A stretch of DNA of 62,948 bases from Candidatus Woesearchaeota archaeon (GTDB lineage Archaea > Nanobdellota > Nanobdellia > SCGC-AAA011-G17 > GW2011-AR18), in assembly GCA_964344975.1 (NCBI GenBank), contig CAYFPK010000004.1, positions 1 to 62,948 on the forward strand, read 5' to 3'. Position numbers and translations under genes: made by a program. The stretch's first letter is position 1. Every line of letters begins with the position of its first letter. A model generated the notes under the pieces. The model was not told where the DNA came from. It did not search any database and was given only the letters and a program-made list of their open reading frames with translations. Shown one piece after another: positions 9,289 to 19,198 of this stretch.

Positions 9289-9977
9289 TTGCCAGCCTCC
9301 TTAGTTTCCTTTTTCGCAGGAGTTTCTTTTTTCTCAGCAACCTTAGTTTCTTTAACAGGGGTCTTAACTTCTTTGGTTTCTTTAACAGCCTTAGCTTGCT
9401 TTTCAGCAACCTTAGTTTCTTTAACAGGAGTCTTAACTTCTTTGGCTTCTTTAGCAGGAGTTTCTTTCTTATCAGCAGGTGTAGCCTCTTTTTCTTTAGC
9501 AGCCTTAGCTTTCTTTTCAGCAGCCTTTTTCTTTGCAGCTAATTTTTCAGCTTTAAACTTCTTACGTGAAGAAAACTTTTCCTCAAGAACAGTTATCGCA
9601 ACAGCAAGATCAGTAACACTAAGAACAGTTAACCCTTGTTTTTGACAAGCAGCATACAAAGCTAAACGAGAACGTGCACCAACAGCAGAGGCAATAACAA
9701 CACCCTGTGTTTTAGCATCAAGACCTTCTAATTGAGAAAGCGTATGCACAAGGACAACAGCAAGACCGCTACGGTCAAGACCACGTACAGCTCGAGGTGA
9801 CCGATACCCTACACTCGGACAAACCTCATGCCCTTTTTTATGTAAGCGAACTTTATTATGTAACCCGCGAGGTTTACGCCAGCTAGAAAGTTGAGGCTTC
9901 TTGTTTGAATCTTGAATTTTAAATGTCGGTTTACGCGACTTACGTGCACGACGTAGCGCAAGCATCTCAGAAGTCAT
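9285..9977 (-). CDS. rpl32e: 50S ribosomal protein L32e with ~100-aa K/E/A-rich repeat-containing C-terminal extension
   Basis: N-terminal ~130 aa match L32e (WRKPRGLHNKVRL...GYRSPRAVRGL). The C-terminus is AEKKAKAAKEKE... with a duplicated 23-aa unit KETKEVKTPVKETKVAEK. Confidence 0.9.
   Translation of the reverse strand: MTSEMLALRRARKSRKPTFKIQDSNKKPQLSSWRKPRGLHNKVRLHKKGHEVCPSVGYRSPRAVRGLDRSGLAVVLVHTLSQLEGLDAKTQGVVIASAVGARSRLALYAACQKQGLTVLSVTDLAVAITVLEEKFSSRKKFKAEKLAAKKKAAEKKAKAAKEKEATPADKKETPAKEAKEVKTPVKETKVAEKQAKAVKETKEVKTPVKETKVAEKKETPAKKETKEAGK
9334..9460 (-). repeat. tandem 69-bp (23-codon) direct repeat inside the rpl32e 3' extension
   Basis: tcagcaaccttagtttctttaacagg(g/a)gtcttaacttctttgg(t/c)ttcttta occurs at 9334 and again at 9403. 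Confidence 0.85.
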
Positions 9978-10552
9978 GACATAACCTCCCGACCTGCACG
10001 ATTAACAATCCACAACCCATCCATGAACACACGACGATCACGGTTACTAATACGACACAACTGCTCAATACGTGCAGCAGTCTGACCAGCAAGTTCCTTG
10101 TCAACACAGGTAACAGTAATTTTTTCTCCAGCAACAACAACTTTAGCAGCAGGGTCTAAAGAAACACGTCGAGGAACCTTTTCACCAAGAAAATTCTTAA
10201 CCTCAAGAACATTTCCTTTAAGAGCAACACTCATCGGGAAGTGACCTGAACAAATTTTAAGCTCATACACAAACGGCTCAACAACACCAGCAAGAATGTT
10301 ACGAACATGAGCGCGGTAGGTGTTAATATACATCTTTGCAACAGCACCTAAAGAACCTTTTTTACGTGGAGCAAGAGTAACAGTACCATCAGAAACAGTA
10401 ATTAAAACAAGAGGATGCATCAACTTTTTTGAGACTTCACCAGCAGGACCTTGAGCGGTAAAAACTCCTTCAGTAAAGTTAGCAGTAACACCTTGTGGAA
10501 TAACAACAGATACAGCAAGTGTAGACTTTTTAGTTTTCGCCATTAATAACAA
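9974..10552 (-). CDS. rpl6: 50S ribosomal protein L6 (uL6)
   Basis: Two-domain uL6-like sequence; lies between uS8 and L32e. Confidence 0.93.
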   Translation of the reverse strand: MLLMAKTKKSTLAVSVVIPQGVTANFTEGVFTAQGPAGEVSKKLMHPLVLITVSDGTVTLAPRKKGSLGAVAKMYINTYRAHVRNILAGVVEPFVYELKICSGHFPMSVALKGNVLEVKNFLGEKVPRRVSLDPAAKVVVAGEKITVTCVDKELAGQTAARIEQLCRISNRDRRVFMDGLWIVNRAGREVMS

Positions 10553-10944
10553 TACGCAATCAAGCGCCCTCCAAGTCCTTTTGCTTTCGCATCAGTATGC
10601 GTCATTAAACCTTGCGAAGTAGAAACAATCAACACACCAAAATCCCGTGCAGGTAAAAAACGTTTTTCATATTTTTCATAATTATCTTTACGCACACTAA
10701 ATCGCGGTTTGATAACACCACACGAATTAACATGACCAAGTAAAGCGACACTAAGAACACCACCACGATCTTCTTCAACAACAGCAACGTCACCAACATA
10801 ATTTTGCGCAGATAAAAGACGTAAAACACCTTGAATCATTGAAGATACAGGAGTAACTGCACAAGAAGGTTTCCCCTTTCGCTCAGCGTTTGTCACATGC
10901 GACAATACATTTGCTAGTGGATCGTTCATTACCATTTTAATCAA
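10543..10944 (-). CDS. rps8: 30S ribosomal protein S8 (uS8)
   Basis: [19 protein letters not shown]-terminus and [10 protein letters not shown]-terminus, typical of uS8. Confidence 0.95.
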   Translation of the reverse strand: MIKMVMNDPLANVLSHVTNAERKGKPSCAVTPVSSMIQGVLRLLSAQNYVGDVAVVEEDRGGVLSVALLGHVNSCGVIKPRFSVRKDNYEKYEKRFLPARDFGVLIVSTSQGLMTHTDAKAKGLGGRLIAYCY

Positions 10945-11167
10945 ACTTTGAAAATCCTATCTTTTTTGCAAGTTCCCGAAAACAACGTCGGCACATACCA
11001 ATACCATACTTGCGAATATAACCCCGGTGACTACCACAACGTTGGCAACTCCGCAAAGCAGCCCCACAAGATCGCTTTTTAGGAGCATTATGTTTGATAA
11101 ACTTCGCTTTTTTTGCAGGTTTAGCATTAAGCTGCTTAAACACTTTTGTATAATTACTCGTCGTCAT
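10937..11167 (-). CDS. rps14: 30S ribosomal protein S14 type Z (uS14), zinc-binding
   Basis: [25 protein letters not shown] CxxC...CxxC motif. The N-terminus is somewhat longer than usual. Confidence 0.92.
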   Translation of the reverse strand: MTTSNYTKVFKQLNAKPAKKAKFIKHNAPKKRSCGAALRSCQRCGSHRGYIRKYGIGMCRRCFRELAKKIGFSKFD

Positions 11168-11685
11168 GCCACAACCCCCTCAGTGCCGACCGCTGTGCCA
11201 AATTTCTCCTGAATAAAAGCAACAGCATCATCTCGCGAAATACGATGACGAGCAGGGATATGTGACTTACGTAAACGACGCTTCACACGGAATCCCGGCC
11301 GAGATAAAGTTACAGCAACTTCAAGACCAATAATACCAATGTCAACATCATACTTCACATCAGGAATATCAATATACTCAGCAATACCAAAAGAAAAGTT
11401 ACCAAAAGTATCAAAGGAACGTAAAGCAAGAGCATTATCCCGCGCAGCAAGTAAACGTGCAAGAACTTCCTCAGCCCGTTTACCACGTAAAGTAACTTTC
11501 GTTGCAATTTTCAATTTAGGACGAACCCCCCAAGAAGGAATTCTTTTATGTGTTTTAACAGCAACAGGCGTAGCACCAGTAATAATAGTTAACAACTTCA
11601 TCGCTTTATCTAAACGATCTCCAGGTTCACCAACACCAATGTTCAAAGTAACTTTCTCAACACCGATAACACGCATAGAATTCAT
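11164..11685 (-). CDS. rpl5: 50S ribosomal protein L5 (uL5)
   Basis: uL5 core ([13 protein letters not shown]...[12 protein letters not shown]) plus operon position. Confidence 0.95.
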   Translation of the reverse strand: MNSMRVIGVEKVTLNIGVGEPGDRLDKAMKLLTIITGATPVAVKTHKRIPSWGVRPKLKIATKVTLRGKRAEEVLARLLAARDNALALRSFDTFGNFSFGIAEYIDIPDVKYDVDIGIIGLEVAVTLSRPGFRVKRRLRKSHIPARHRISRDDAVAFIQEKFGTAVGTEGVVA

Positions 11686-12398
11686 GAAGCCACCACCTGC
11701 AACGCCGGCTTTTTCTTTGCACCAACAACAAACCCATAATCAAGTAAGGTAGTTGCAGCAACACCACCAACGTCATACTTAAGCATAGCACGGCGAGCAC
11801 CAGATCGAACAACAACTTCAGTGACAACACCAACTAAACCAACACCAGACCCACCGCAAAGATACACAGCAGAACCTGGCGCAAGAGCATAATGCTCAAC
11901 AATTTTTTTAGCAGAAAAATCATACAAAACAGAGTCACCAACAGAGCCAGCAAAATCTTTAAGCAACAAGTTAGAACCATCATGGAAATTTATTTGTAAA
12001 CGCCCACCAGATAAAACCGTTTTTCCGACAACACGAAGTAAACGAAGACTTCGCTCTTTTGCAGCAACAGTAATAAGAGCTAAACGCCCTTTACGATCAT
12101 ACACCATCCGATAAGAAGCATCAAGTTTAGGCAACGTAACAACATCCATGAATCCTACAGCACTACGAACATCACAACGTACAACACCGTTAACTAAAAC
12201 ATCACCAGCATGAGCAACATACTTTGCTTCTTTAAGCGTTTTCACACAACCAATCAAGTCACGTAAAACAACACCTAAAGCAAGGCTTGATGCAAGCGAA
12301 TGTCCACTTGGATGTTGACGGACAACCCAAAAATGCGCTTTACGTCGAAGAGGCCAACTCTTCGGCGCTGATAAACGAGGCATATGATTTTGTACCAT
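11682..12398 (-). CDS. rps4e: 30S ribosomal protein S4e
   Basis: HMPRLSAPKSWPL N-terminus plus S4/KOW-like core; lies between uL24 and uL5. Confidence 0.93.
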   Translation of the reverse strand: MVQNHMPRLSAPKSWPLRRKAHFWVVRQHPSGHSLASSLALGVVLRDLIGCVKTLKEAKYVAHAGDVLVNGVVRCDVRSAVGFMDVVTLPKLDASYRMVYDRKGRLALITVAAKERSLRLLRVVGKTVLSGGRLQINFHDGSNLLLKDFAGSVGDSVLYDFSAKKIVEHYALAPGSAVYLCGGSGVGLVGVVTEVVVRSGARRAMLKYDVGGVAATTLLDYGFVVGAKKKPALQVVAS

Positions 12399-12853
12399 TA
12401 CGCTGCAGCCCCCTTTGGTTTGTTAGCAGCAGGTTTTTTAGTTGTAGTTTTTTTTGTTGCAGGCTTTGCAGGTGCAGCGCCAGTAAGCTTCGCACGACGT
12501 TTAGCATCGTCTAACTGTAACTCTAACACTTGTAAATTTGAAGCAAAGAAAGGATAGTGAGCAACACGACCGTCACGCTTTTTCACACCAACACCTTCTA
12601 TATGAATACGTCGACGCACACGGCTAACAGTAGATATAACACCAACAGTACCTTTATGCTGTCCACGAAGAATTTTAACTTTATCACCACTACGTACAGT
12701 AACACTACGACAACCGTACTTTTTACGAAGATCTTTACTAAGTGGCGCACGTAAAAGCGAACCAGCTAAATGAAGAGGAAGGTTATACACATACTTTCTC
12801 TGCTTACGCGGTTGAACACTTCCGCGCCAAGATTTAGACCAATCTGAGTTCAT
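12398..12853 (-). CDS. rpl24: 50S ribosomal protein L24 (uL24) with basic C-terminal tail
   Basis: KOW motif (VRSGDKVKILRGQHKGTVGVI). The C-terminus is AKPATKKTTTKKPAANKPK. Confidence 0.93.
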   Translation of the reverse strand: MNSDWSKSWRGSVQPRKQRKYVYNLPLHLAGSLLRAPLSKDLRKKYGCRSVTVRSGDKVKILRGQHKGTVGVISTVSRVRRRIHIEGVGVKKRDGRVAHYPFFASNLQVLELQLDDAKRRAKLTGAAPAKPATKKTTTKKPAANKPKGAAA

Positions 12854-13251
12854 AAAACAACCCCCGCAATCTTTGAAACACCAGGCCAGCGTTCAGTAAC
12901 TTCCTTTGCAACAGGCCCTTTGATAAGTGTACCCTTAGGGTTTCCCTTAACATCTTTAAGTACAACAGCCGCATTATCCTCAAACTTAACACGCGTACCA
13001 TCAAGACGACGAAACTCCTTTTTTTGGCGAACCAAAACAGCAGGAACAACTTTTTTTCTCATATCAGGTGTACCTTTTACAACAGAGACGGTCATAAGCG
13101 TACCAATACCACCACTCATGTTACGACCACGAACCGTTTTAGACCCTTTAAAAGAAATGACACGAACAATTTTAGCGCCAGAGTTATCACACGTGTGCAC
13201 AAGAGATCCTTTTTGTAAAGCTCGTGTTACACGAGCACGAATAGGTTTCAC
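12850..13251 (-). CDS. rpl14: 50S ribosomal protein L14 (uL14)
   Basis: Highly conserved uL14 sequence (CDNSGAK...VRQKKEFRR.DG..V.FEDNA). Confidence 0.96.
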   Translation of the reverse strand: MKPIRARVTRALQKGSLVHTCDNSGAKIVRVISFKGSKTVRGRNMSGGIGTLMTVSVVKGTPDMRKKVVPAVLVRQKKEFRRLDGTRVKFEDNAAVVLKDVKGNPKGTLIKGPVAKEVTERWPGVSKIAGVVL

Positions 13252-13538
13252 GACTCTACCTTCCCTAAAAGCACAAAATGCTTTGTTTTACTAATAGGAC
13301 GACACTCCCCGATACAAACAGCGTCACCAACAGCAACAGTTAAAGCATCAGGCACATGCACCTGTACACGAGTACGGCGCTTAGCATAACGTTCATACTT
13401 TTTCATATAAATCAAACGAGGCCACTCAACAACAATTGTCTTGCGAGCAGAGCAACGAACAACAGTACCGACAAACTGCCTACCCCGCGAAGTTACACTC
13501 GACATGGCACCCTCCGTACAGAAACAAGACGCTGCCAC
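13248..13538 (-). CDS. rps17: 30S ribosomal protein S17 (uS17)
   Basis: GRQFVGTVVRCSARKTIVVEW...YAKRRTRVQVH uS17 OB-fold signature. The true start may be the Met at 13505. Confidence 0.9.
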   Translation of the reverse strand: MAASCFCTEGAMSSVTSRGRQFVGTVVRCSARKTIVVEWPRLIYMKKYERYAKRRTRVQVHVPDALTVAVGDAVCIGECRPISKTKHFVLLGKVES

Positions 13539-13741
13539 GGTCGACCAACAAGAGTGGCACCAGCAACAGCTGAACGGTCAATAGACAAAGTGATATCTGC
13601 TTTAGCAAGACAAGCAGAACCAAGCGTAAGCGTGTGAAAAGTTTCATCACAAATAACGCCAGACAAACCAACATGACAAGAGTTACGACTAGCAACGACA
13701 GTAGCAGACAAACCGATAAGTTCACCACGTACATTAACCAT
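13493..13741 (-). CDS. rnp1: ribonuclease P protein component 1 (Rpp29/Pop4)
   Basis: GELIGLSATVVASRNSCHVGLSGVICDETFHTLTL matches the Rpp29 Sm-like core. Canonical archaeal position between aSUI1 and uS17. Confidence 0.85.
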   Translation of the reverse strand: MVNVRGELIGLSATVVASRNSCHVGLSGVICDETFHTLTLGSACLAKADITLSIDRSAVAGATLVGRPWQRLVSVRRVPCRV

Positions 13742-14079
13742 CAGCGACGCCCCCTTTTCTTAAACTTAGAACCTTGCGCATCAATAGTTTCCGCACTAAA
13801 TCCAAGCTCGATAAGAATGTCTCGAACACGTTCAACATGATCACCTTGCAATTCAATAACTCCATCCTTAAACGTTCCACCACAAGCAAGCTTTCCTTTG
13901 AGTTTTTTCGCCAAATCCCGTCCATTAATGGTCTTCACATCAAAACCTTCAACCACAGTCATCAACTTACCGAATCGTCTCTTGACTGCATGAATCACTA
14001 TATGCTGAGCTTCCTTTGCGATAGTTTCACAAACACAAAGATCAGACGGCAATCCACAGGTTGGACATATATCACTCAT
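13741..14079 (-). CDS. sui1: translation initiation factor aSUI1 (eIF1 homologue)
   Basis: N-terminal [13 protein letters not shown] zinc knuckle plus the SUI1 core ([12 protein letters not shown]...[18 protein letters not shown]). Confidence 0.9.
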   Translation of the reverse strand: MSDICPTCGLPSDLCVCETIAKEAQHIVIHAVKRRFGKLMTVVEGFDVKTINGRDLAKKLKGKLACGGTFKDGVIELQGDHVERVRDILIELGFSAETIDAQGSKFKKRGRR

Positions 14080-14081
14080 AA

Positions 14082-14303
14082 CTAAGCAGAAACCCCTCCT
14101 TGTAATTCTTTTTCTCTTTGAAGCGTAGCAAGACGAGCAAGCATACGACGAATAGTACCGATACGACCAGGGTTTTCAAGTTGCGTTTTACTAGCAACCT
14201 GACTACGCAACTTCATAAGCTCTTTTTGCAACTCAGCAGCATACTTAGCCAACTCATCAGCCTTCATCGCTCGCAAATCCTTAACTTTTAACGCTTTCGC
14301 CAT
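14082..14303 (-). CDS. rpl29: 50S ribosomal protein L29 (uL29)
   Basis: [24 protein letters not shown] uL29 helical hairpin plus operon position. Confidence 0.92.
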   Translation of the reverse strand: MAKALKVKDLRAMKADELAKYAAELQKELMKLRSQVASKTQLENPGRIGTIRRMLARLATLQREKELQGGVSA

Positions 14304-14985
14304 CTACAGACTTCTCCTCAGATGCAGCGGGAACCGCCACGTCTTTTTTAACGTTACTGTTATCTACAACTTCCTCAGAAACAGCAGATTCCACAATAGT
14401 AATAGAATCAGGTAAAACAACATCTTTTCGCAAGATACTCACTTGTACACCGACAGTCCCTGTTTTAATGTCAGCAGACTCAATAGCCTTATCAACTAAA
14501 GCTTCAGAAACCTGACCAGACTTCTTAAGGTAGCCAGCGTTAAAGCGCCACGTACGTGACCGCACACTAGGCAACCCACGTCCAGAAACAACAATTTCAA
14601 CACCAAGCGCACCGGCATCCATCACCGAATCAACCGCATGGTACGCCATAACTTTAAAACGGCGAGCACCAAACCGCATAAACCCTTCAACAATACCTTT
14701 AGCAACGGTACGCGCATCAAGTTTCGGATTAACAATTTCAGAAACTTCAATTTGCGGATTCTCCATACCAAACTCTTTTTTCAACCCTTCTGTCAACGCA
14801 CGAATATTTTCTCCCTTACGCCCAACAACAAGACCAGGTTTAGAAGTATACACGGTAACTTTTTCACCAAGAGGCGTGCGACGCAAATCAATGGAACTAC
14901 AACTAAGACGCCCAAGTGTGGCATAGACATAATTTTCAATTAAATTCTGGTTAACTTTTTGTTTAAACAACTTTTTTTCAATCAT
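14281..14985 (-). CDS. rps3: 30S ribosomal protein S3 (uS3)
   Basis: KH domain (VTVYTSKPGLVVGRKGENI) plus the uS3 C-terminal domain. Confidence 0.95.
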   Translation of the reverse strand: MIEKKLFKQKVNQNLIENYVYATLGRLSCSSIDLRRTPLGEKVTVYTSKPGLVVGRKGENIRALTEGLKKEFGMENPQIEVSEIVNPKLDARTVAKGIVEGFMRFGARRFKVMAYHAVDSVMDAGALGVEIVVSGRGLPSVRSRTWRFNAGYLKKSGQVSEALVDKAIESADIKTGTVGVQVSILRKDVVLPDSITIVESAVSEEVVDNSNVKKDVAVPAASEEKSVDGESVKS

Positions 14986-15401
14986 GATGCAACTACCCCT
15001 TGTGGTTGTACGCGAATTTCAACATGCGCGCGCTTCATACGACGTCGACGATGCCGACCAAAATGCCACCGACCGGTACCGGTGTTAGATACAGCATAAC
15101 TGACCACTAAAGCATCAGCATCCATACCGGCAGCAACCGCGTTAGCAACAGCTGAGTTTAATAAAGACAAAACAGCGCGAGACGCTTTAACTGGATAACG
15201 TGCTCCAGCAACCTTACCAGGCTTGTGAGCAAGGTCTTTAGCAAAACGAACAAAGGGGATAGGCCGAGCAAGCGAAATAGCAGCAGCTAAATCACGTTGC
15301 GCACGCGCAACAGGCTTACCGCGAATGTGTGAACACAACTCACACGCAAATTTAAACGAGATCGGTAAATCACGACCAACAGCACGAGCTTCCGCACTCA
15401 T
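14982..15401 (-). CDS. rpl22: 50S ribosomal protein L22 (uL22)
   Basis: uL22-like sequence; lies between uS19 and uS3. Confidence 0.92.
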   Translation of the reverse strand: MSAEARAVGRDLPISFKFACELCSHIRGKPVARAQRDLAAAISLARPIPFVRFAKDLAHKPGKVAGARYPVKASRAVLSLLNSAVANAVAAGMDADALVVSYAVSNTGTGRWHFGRHRRRRMKRAHVEIRVQPQGVVAS

Positions 15402-15796
15402 TTTTTACCTCCAGTTCCAGTACTAGATTTGGTAGCACCAACGCCAGGCGAAGAATGTTTAATACGTAACCGAGTAAGAGCATGCATACCTAAATAATCA
15501 CCAAGATGTTCTAAAGTGATAAGTACAGGAACAAACGTTTTACCGCTATACACATGAATGGTCTGACCAAGCATCTCAGGCAAGATAACCATATCCCGAC
15601 AATGCGTCTTGATATCTTTTGTATACGTACCAGCATTTTTTGCACGCACCTTTGCAAGCAAAGCCTTTTGCGCATCAGTAAACCCGCGCGCAAGACTACG
15701 CCGTTGTCGTGAACGAAGCAACTTGGTAAACGTTTCCATATCCATTTGTGCAACTTCTTCTGCAGTTTTACCATAATACACTAACTTTTTCGCCAT
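15398..15796 (-). CDS. rps19: 30S ribosomal protein S19 (uS19)
   Basis: GQTIHVYSGKTFVPVLI...GDYLG uS19 signature. Confidence 0.95.
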   Translation of the reverse strand: MAKKLVYYGKTAEEVAQMDMETFTKLLRSRQRRSLARGFTDAQKALLAKVRAKNAGTYTKDIKTHCRDMVILPEMLGQTIHVYSGKTFVPVLITLEHLGDYLGMHALTRLRIKHSSPGVGATKSSTGTGGKK

Positions 15797-16510
15797 TTAT
15801 TTCTTCTTCCCCGTTCTTCTCGCACGAATCTGTCCAACCTTACGACCAGGCGGCGCATGACGTGGCGCAATGGTAGACTTACCAGCATGCCGTCCACGAC
15901 CAGATCCAAACGGATGATCTACAGCGTTCATAGCAACAGCACTGGTACGCGGAAATAATTTTCCTGTCGCACGTGCAGCGTGCCAACGCTTACCTGCTTT
16001 GACAACAGGCTTATCTAACCGCCCACCACCAGCAACAATACCAAGAGTGGCACGACACTGGGGATGGAACGCTTTAATTTTTTTAGAAGGTAACTTTACA
16101 AGAACTTTATCAGCACTGGTGCTCACCACACGAGCAAAAACGCCACTGGAACGAACAAGCTTCCCGCCATCACCAGGACGCAACTCTAAATCATGCACTA
16201 ACGTACCTTCAGGAATCTCAGATAAAGGAAGTACATTTCCACTTACAGCAGGCGCACCTGAACCAACAGCAACAACTGCACCCACACGCAACTGTTCACT
16301 CGCAAGAGCAAGACCTTTCTCACCATTTTCAAATAAAACATACGCAAGAGGCGCAGTATGGTTCGGACAATGCACTAAATCGACAATTTCCCCGTGTAAA
16401 AGTTCCTTTGAAACAACAGGATAACTAACACTACCTTTGGAACTGTGCCCATGATTACGATAACGTGTGGTTCCCCGCCCACGTCTTTGTGAAATAATTC
16501 GCTTACCCAT
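15797..16510 (-). CDS. rpl2: 50S ribosomal protein L2 (uL2)
   Basis: AVAMNAVDHPFGSGRG...GK and GKR.ISQRRGRG, uL2 hallmarks. Confidence 0.97.
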   Translation of the reverse strand: MGKRIISQRRGRGTTRYRNHGHSSKGSVSYPVVSKELLHGEIVDLVHCPNHTAPLAYVLFENGEKGLALASEQLRVGAVVAVGSGAPAVSGNVLPLSEIPEGTLVHDLELRPGDGGKLVRSSGVFARVVSTSADKVLVKLPSKKIKAFHPQCRATLGIVAGGGRLDKPVVKAGKRWHAARATGKLFPRTSAVAMNAVDHPFGSGRGRHAGKSTIAPRHAPPGRKVGQIRARRTGKKK

Positions 16511-16511
16511 T

Positions 16512-16769
16512 TTATACTAAACCAAGCTGCGCAATAATATCAGATGCAACAGACTTACCTCCTAAAGTTACAAACGCTCGTTTGACACCACCAGGGGTAA
16601 CAAGGGTACGCACACTTACAACATCTACACCAAACAGCGAAGCAACCGCTTTTTTAATTTGAGGTTTGGTCGCAGACTTAGCAACAACAAACAAAAGCGT
16701 ATTTTCAGCTTCCATAGCAGTAACTGCCTTCTCGGTGGAAAGTGGATAAAGTAAAACGTCGTATACCAT
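16512..16769 (-). CDS. rpl23: 50S ribosomal protein L23 (uL23)
   Basis: PLSTEKAV...NTLLFVV...KPQIKKAV..LFGV.V..V uL23 signature. Confidence 0.94.
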   Translation of the reverse strand: MVYDVLLYPLSTEKAVTAMEAENTLLFVVAKSATKPQIKKAVASLFGVDVVSVRTLVTPGGVKRAFVTLGGKSVASDIIAQLGLV

Positions 16770-16772
16770 AGG

Positions 16773-17525
16773 TTAGAGGTACAACTTCTCCTTTGTTAAT
16801 ATAGCAAGCGCTTCCGGGCTCCACACCGCATGACGAGCAACACGAGCATCCTTCATAAACTGCCCCGCATGCAAACTACGTACACTGACAACAGAAACAC
16901 CAGACAAATTACGTGCAGACTTTTTTAGCGGACAATCTGCTGCAACGACAAACACAGGACCAAGACCAGTTTTGTATTTACGGCCACGCATTTTACCACG
17001 ACCGGCACGAATAGAACGTGAAGGTAAAGTCACATGACAAGCAGACAATAATTTAGCAACATCCGCCCCCTTAGCAAGGGATTCAACATTTTGCACAACA
17101 GACACACGTCCTTGTGCAACGCCAGACGCAAGCGCACTACGTAAAGCAAACCGACGCTCTTGCTTGTTGACTTTTTGAGAATGATCTTTAACCGCTTTTG
17201 GAGGATGCGCACGACGACCACCAACAGTTCCAGGCACTTCAGCACCCACCCAACCAAACTGCGTACCGCGACTCCACAACGCTTTACGGGGCACACGAGA
17301 GATACCGTGCTTGTACGCGCTACGATACGCACCACGACGTCGAGACAAGGTCGCACTCACGCGCAAACCAGCGTCAGGTTTAGCACCGTACGGGGCACGA
17401 CGATTAGCAAAAAGTGCACGCAACATGCGCGAAATAACATCAACACGCACTTCACCTAAAAACTGTGCAGGAAGGCTAGTTGTTGAGGCTTTTTTACCAG
17501 TGGTATCTAAGACATCAACCTTCAT
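16773..17525 (-). CDS. rpl4: 50S ribosomal protein L4 (uL4)
   Basis: Archaeal uL4/L1e-like sequence; lies between uL3 and uL23. Confidence 0.93.
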   Translation of the reverse strand: MKVDVLDTTGKKASTTSLPAQFLGEVRVDVISRMLRALFANRRAPYGAKPDAGLRVSATLSRRRGAYRSAYKHGISRVPRKALWSRGTQFGWVGAEVPGTVGGRRAHPPKAVKDHSQKVNKQERRFALRSALASGVAQGRVSVVQNVESLAKGADVAKLLSACHVTLPSRSIRAGRGKMRGRKYKTGLGPVFVVAADCPLKKSARNLSGVSVVSVRSLHAGQFMKDARVARHAVWSPEALAILTKEKLYL

Positions 17526-18493
17526 TGTTTACTCCGCAAACTAACATGAGCAAGTTGCGCTCCCTTACTGGTTAAGGCACTGCGACGAGGCAAAGAAAAA
17601 CGGATTAACCGTTTAGCAGGCCCAGGAACTGAACCTTTAATGAGAATATAATCAGACTTTACAAGACCATACCGTAAAAACCCACCGTCAGGGTTAATTT
17701 CAGCAGGGTTTGAACCAACAAATAAGACTTCTTTGTTATGCTCAGTTCGGGCAAAATAGCCAAGACCACCAGGAAGACCGACCGTCCAGGAAACCCGTTT
17801 AGGCGTCCACGCACCCAAATTTCCTATAGCACGCCGCTTTTTTTCAGATTTGTGAGATTTTAAAGAAACACCGAATCGCTTAACTGAGCCAGCAAAACCA
17901 CGTCCCGTGGTTACTGCATGCACATCAAGCATTTGGTGCGCAGATAACACATCACCAACAGCAATGTCTTTACCGACAAAAGATTGAATAATGGCAAACT
18001 GAGCTGCAGCCGTATCGCCACCCACAGCAAGCTCAAAAAGTTCAGGCGTTTTTTTACCTAAACCGGACTTGTGCGGTTGAGTTTGCACCACAACACGTAA
18101 AAAATCATAAGAATCAAGGTTTTTCTCAAAAGCAGCCAAATCCCCTTTTTTCTTGGAGGCGCAAACTTTACGTGACGCAAATTTATCTACACCCAGACAC
18201 ACTTCAGCAACAACAGACGACCCCATGTAGGCATCTTTGTAGGCACGAACAGAAAAGAGTTTGAGAGCAGGACATTCAACAACCGTCACCGGCCATACAA
18301 TGGACTGTCCTTTAGTAAGAGAATTACTTCGAGAATCTTTAAGTTGCACATGCGTCATACCAACTTTATAGCCGCAAAAACCAAGCAACCCTTCACCGCC
18401 AGGCCAAGACCGCACACGCGGGTAGCCACGTTTAGAACGCCGTCTAGGCCAAAACTGCAAGCTTCCACATCTGGGTTTTTTTACCTTTGCCAC
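17522..18493 (-). CDS. rpl3: 50S ribosomal protein L3 (uL3), first gene of the operon, GTG start
   Basis: PR.GSL.FWPR.R..., GYK.GMTH and FAGSVKR.G uL3 motifs. The start codon reads cac on the + strand, i.e. GTG. Confidence 0.96.
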   Translation of the reverse strand: MAKVKKPRCGSLQFWPRRRSKRGYPRVRSWPGGEGLLGFCGYKVGMTHVQLKDSRSNSLTKGQSIVWPVTVVECPALKLFSVRAYKDAYMGSSVVAEVCLGVDKFASRKVCASKKKGDLAAFEKNLDSYDFLRVVVQTQPHKSGLGKKTPELFELAVGGDTAAAQFAIIQSFVGKDIAVGDVLSAHQMLDVHAVTTGRGFAGSVKRFGVSLKSHKSEKKRRAIGNLGAWTPKRVSWTVGLPGGLGYFARTEHNKEVLFVGSNPAEINPDGGFLRYGLVKSDYILIKGSVPGPAKRLIRFSLPRRSALTSKGAQLAHVSLRSKQ

Positions 18494-18739
18494 GGATTTA
18501 TGATCCTAGGCTTAAACACGCATAAAAACAGGGTTTTATGGTCATTTAAGCTGTTGTGGGCAACTGAGTGTCCTTTATAAAACTTGTGGGAATTTTTCTC
18601 AATGCAACAGACAATTTAGCTTAGATTTGTAGAAGAGATCACTAGAAAAAACAATCCATTCATCTCATAAAAAGAAAGAATAAAAAAAGAGAATAACAAC
18701 AAAAACATTTAAAAACAACTATATAAAAGAAAAAGTATA

Positions 18740-19198
18740 ATGACGTTCATCCAACAAAACGCCAACATGGGACTACTTTTACTTCTCGTCCTCGTTGCCG
18801 GCGGTTTGGTCATTGCAACGGTCCTTTTCAATGTCAACTTTCAAGATTTAAGCGGGGAGTATAAAACAAAAGTCTCAGAACTCGAAACAACCTACGATGA
18901 ACTTTCAACATCCCAGCAAGAGTTAACCGACATTGAAGATGAACTAGAACAAAAAGAACTGCGAGAATCTGATTTGGTCCAAGAATACACAGAGATTAAA
19001 GACGAGCGAGATAACTTACAAAAAGATAAACAAAATTTACAAGAGCAAAAAGCAATACTACAAGACGAACTTGAAGAAGCAAACGACCAAGTAAACACGC
19101 TCGAAAACAGAATAGATAAACTCAACGACGACATTAACCAACTTAACAACGAAAAAAGCACGTTACAAACACAACTAGCGAGTTGCCAAGCGGTATGA
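18740..19198 (+). CDS. membrane-anchored coiled-coil protein (152 aa)
   Basis: One N-terminal TM helix, then ~110 aa of heptad-rich E/Q/L/D sequence. ATGA stop/start overlap with the next gene. Confidence 0.6.
   Translation: MTFIQQNANMGLLLLLVLVAGGLVIATVLFNVNFQDLSGEYKTKVSELETTYDELSTSQQELTDIEDELEQKELRESDLVQEYTEIKDERDNLQKDKQNLQEQKAILQDELEEANDQVNTLENRIDKLNDDINQLNNEKSTLQTQLASCQAV

Noticed and set aside
9289-9645. 118-aa + strand ORF antisense to rpl32e, and similar antisense ORFs such as 5774-6244, 11339-11752, 12920-13294, 15999-16424 and 17160-17459
   Set aside because: They lie entirely inside strongly supported minus-strand ribosomal or SecY genes and have low-complexity or Ser/Thr/Arg-rich translations typical of shadow frames.
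18494-18739. Possible ncRNA between rpl3 and the coiled-coil gene (a TATA-like ctttataaaa at 18571-18580 with no ORF for 150 nt)
   Set aside because: I found no convincing conserved structure or terminator. The element may simply be a bidirectional or long-leader promoter, so the evidence is too weak to call a feature.
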